A DNA stretch of 64,000 bases from Amphiscolops sp. MND2022. Lineage: Eukaryota. Positions within the stretch are counted from its first letter, which is position 1. Every line of letters starts with the position of its first letter. Location: assembly GCA_964187785.1 (NCBI GenBank), contig OZ076409.1, forward strand, positions 89,840,001 through 89,904,000. The letters run 5' to 3'. This document shows, piece after piece, positions 60,989 through 64,000 of the stretch. The translations under genes were made by a program, and so were the position numbers. The notes under the pieces were generated by a model. That model had not been told where the DNA came from. It saw only the letters and a list, made by a program, of their open reading frames with translations, and ran no database searches.

Positions 60989-61109
60989 ATCGCGCATTCT
61001 TCACAAGATGCAAAAAATGCACTCTGTTGGTTCAATTCAATTTATAATGTGTGATTACGTAATATCAGAAAATGTTGAGAGAAAAATTCAGTTTGAGAAA
61101 AATTCTCGG

Positions 61110-61180
61110 AAATCTGCGTGATTTGAACCTGCGGTTTTCCGCTTCCGGAGCCAATGAGCTAACTACTAGACCAATTGTAC
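61110..61180 (-). other. tRNA-derived sequence (SINE head or tRNA pseudogene)
   Basis: Minus strand TGGTCTAGTAGTTAG (A-box-like) and GCAGGTTCAAATCACGC (B-box/T-arm-like) at tRNA spacing; no convincing acceptor stem. Confidence 0.55.
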
Positions 61181-61580
61181 TATTTTTGTGAAATTGCCCT
61201 ACGACCTAATAATTTTCACGTCTATTTTGCTGAAGCGAACCATTCAAAAGGAGTCCTTTAGCAAGCCAAGAATGGCGCAAGATGGCTATAAGCTCAAGGG
61301 CTGAAAACTCCATTGTTTTTCGAATTGGTTCGCAGCGCCAAAAAACTCAAAAAGGGACGTAAAGGGCCTTTTCCGAAGTTAACACAGGCGCAATGTCGAA
61401 GATGTGATTCTTTGGGAAATAAAAGCATTTTCGAGGAAAAGTTGAACATTCGCAAAAAACAATTATCTCGTGGAGCTTTGCGATAGTTGGAAAAATTGGT
61501 CCTCGCCGGGGTAAATCAAAATATTATTGACAAGTCAATTAGTTTGGAATTCCTATCACTAATGAAACAACTTTTGAACA

Positions 61581-62939
61581 CAGTGATTTCCCTTTTTATT
61601 TTTTAAAAGGATTTTTTATATTAAAGGATCGGCTTTTAAAATTTAAAGGATGCTCTAAAGGATTCGAAAAAACACATTTCAACAAATACTTTAAGGGGAA
61701 CGTCATACAGACAATGTAACACACATCTAATTTTCAAACAGCAGAATATTTATGTTGTAATCTGACTGGCTGAAATTTGGAATCGCGTTGAATTTACTAT
61801 GCTGAAAACGCGTGTCTGATTTTATCGGAGTTATGAGTCGGAGAAAATTTTCCACTACTTATGCAATGGTGTCGTTTTTTTCTCCCGACCTTTCAATGAA
61901 AATTCAAATTTCTCAAGAACGATTCATACGATTTTCTATAATATTTAGCAGTCATCCTACACTCAAAGGTGCTCCTGCGTGCGCAAAGGCATCAAAATCG
62001 TATGATCGGGATGTGAGAAACAGCCAAAATTAGCCTAAAAATGGCCATTTTTCGATTTTCTCAAAAACTCTCCATACGATTCGAATGAAATTTTCTACAG
62101 TCATTCTACACCATATTAAATATCTTGCTTGGATTAATACGTGTCGCACCAAAAAACATCAGCAAAAAACCAAATCGATTGGTTCGACACATTATGGAAA
62201 ACAGCTGCACCGAAAAATCCAGAATAGATTCATAGAAAAATTTTCTCACCGTGCTATTCGTATTTATAATTGCTGTCAAATTTCTTTTTTAGTCGGCGCT
62301 TCATGAAGTGAAACGCGACTATTATAGTGACTCTTTTTTTTCTATCCACACGAACTGGCCAAAATAGTTCTTGAAAGTTCTACAAAATATTATTGCACTA
62401 AATTGCACTATTTAGTCTAGCGAACTGAACCAAAAAGGTTTTTCCTGTTTTTCCGCGTAACATACCGTACCGGGCGAGACCGAAGGCTCCCCCCTTTCAT
62501 TTTTTTTCGGCACTGCGAGACTTTTTTTCGAAAAAAAAAATTTCCCCAAAGGGTCCCCCTGCATTTTTTTTGATGTTTTGCGACAGAATGGATGTTAAAA
62601 AAATCCCAAAGCGTCCCCCTTTCAGTTTTTCGGCATTGTGAGACTTTAGCGCGCCACCCGGTCCATTTTTTTGAGTATGTAATTTTTTCGAAAATTTTTT
62701 TTCAAAAAACTTTCGATTGTCGAGTACTGTAAAAGAATACTTGACACTTGGAAGTCTTTTTGCTATTTTTGAGCCTTGGATATGGCGCCGACTTGGGCCG
62801 GTCCCGGCTTGTTATTTTTCTAAAAGGAAAAAGGATCCTTTAAGGGAAAATCCTTCCAAAGGATCGATGTCTAAAGCAAGGATTTTTTAAAGGATCCTTT
62901 ATAGGATACTTTAAAGGAAAATAAAAAGGGACATCACTG
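61581..62939. mobile_element. Non-autonomous hAT element carrying nested repeats
   Basis: TIR CAGTGAT(T/G)TCCCTTTTTATTTT; perfect 8-bp TSD TTTGAACA (61573-61580 and 62940-62947); subterminal AAGGAT motifs at both ends. Confidence 0.88.
62285..62813 (+). mobile_element. Family-A element, complete copy nested in the hAT element
   Basis: ttttttAGTCGGCGC ... GCGCCGACTtg-GGCCG-GTCC-CGGCT-tgtt. Confidence 0.75.
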
Positions 62940-63199
62940 TTTGAACAGCTTACATGTAATAAATTTGAAGGGTGGTTTGGGGTCTAAAATTTTGATATTT
63001 ATATTTTTCTGATGCTATTTTTGCTTCTAAGATGACCAAAGGGTACTGGTAGCGCTCAGAGATGATTTCTCCAAAACAATCTTCGAGATTCCAAAACCCT
63101 TCGGAACCAATTGTGTGACGGAAAAGTTACGGTAAAGTGAAGTGAACTGACTTGTAAAGTGAAGCATGCCCTTATCTAGTAAGAGTTCCGGGATGGCAA

Positions 63200-64000
63200 T
63201 TCAAACAGAATATTTGGCCTTCTTTCTAAAGATAAATTTAACGCTTTTTCTGAGAAGGTTGAAACTTTTTTCGATAACTCTTGGCGAGCTGATATTGAAA
63301 ACATCTCAGACAAGTGCTCCTTCTTGATATCTGATCTAAACTTGATCATTGATGAATTTTCAAAGATTGATACACCCAGAAGGAAATCGAATTCTCCGCC
63401 CTGGTATAACAACTATCTCAGAAATTTGATAACCAAAAGAAAAAAACTTTACTTGAAGTACACCCTCGATAGATCTAAAATATCGTATAATGGCTTTCGG
63501 TTATATAGAACAAAAGTTTTAAAAGCTATCAAAAAAGAGAAGAGAATTTACTATGATAACTAATTTAACAATTGTCTCAAGGACAAGCGGGAGTTTTTCC
63601 GTAACCTTAACAATGTCACTGGTAGAACTTATAAACATACTATAAAAAAGATGATTAGCGATGAACATGAATACGAAAAGCCTGAAGAGATTGTTGAGAA
63701 GTTCAATGAGTATTTCTCAACAATTGGACAAACAATAAATCAACAAATAGAGAATTGTACTGAAAGTTATTCGATAAATGAAACTGAATTCTCGATGTTT
63801 CTAAAATCCACCAACATTCCTGAAGTCAAGAAAGTAATCGATAACTTGAACGCTCATAAATCAGCGGGTATAGATGGAATTCCGGCAGATGTCATCAAGA
63901 ATTGTAGTGATATTTTTGCTCCTCTTCTAACAAGTTTGATCAATCTATCATTCTCTCAAGGAACATTCCCAAGCTGCTTAAAAATAGCTAGAGTTATACC
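63200..64000 (+). pseudogene. 5'-truncated LINE ORF2 (CR1/L2-group-like), running off the window
   Basis: PWYNNYLRNLITKRKKLY, FNEYFSTIG, KSAGIDGIP, PLLTSLINLSFSQGTFPSCLKIARVIP; in-frame TAA at 63561-63563; start is approximate. Confidence 0.9.

Noticed and set aside
63561..63563. In-frame TAA in the LINE ORF as possible read-through or alternative genetic code
   Set aside because: Long ORFs elsewhere use the standard code; a single nonsense mutation in a dead copy is the simpler explanation.

Overview
AT-rich animal (invertebrate-type, spliced) genomic window. Most of it is transposable-element sequence around one host gene. The host gene is a + strand SORBS/CAP/vinexin-family adaptor (SoHo motif plus three C-terminal SH3 domains). 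I built it from 11-12 phase-compatible exons (about 16.6/26.3-44.8 kb), including one 2.9-kb low-complexity exon; its start codon was not found. Mobile elements: an intact, very young BEL/Pao LTR retrotransposon (1498-10797) with an in-frame 717-bp gag duplication; a decayed Ty3/Gypsy element (53570-60746) whose integrase region is tandemly duplicated in frame and which is flanked by a 242-bp direct repeat instead of a short TSD; a Tigger/pogo deletion derivative; three hAT derivatives with 8-bp TSDs; a TA-flanked MITE; older Gypsy-like remnants; and a LINE ORF2 fragment. The most pervasive unexplained structure is two non-coding repeat families with the same Helentron/HINE-like terminal layout (T-run, subterminal inverted repeat, 3' hairpin, CTTGTT end, no TSD). 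They occur as tandem arrays, a head-to-head composite and nested insertions, and one hairpin shows a compensatory base change. All alignments were done by eye, so mismatch counts are approximate.
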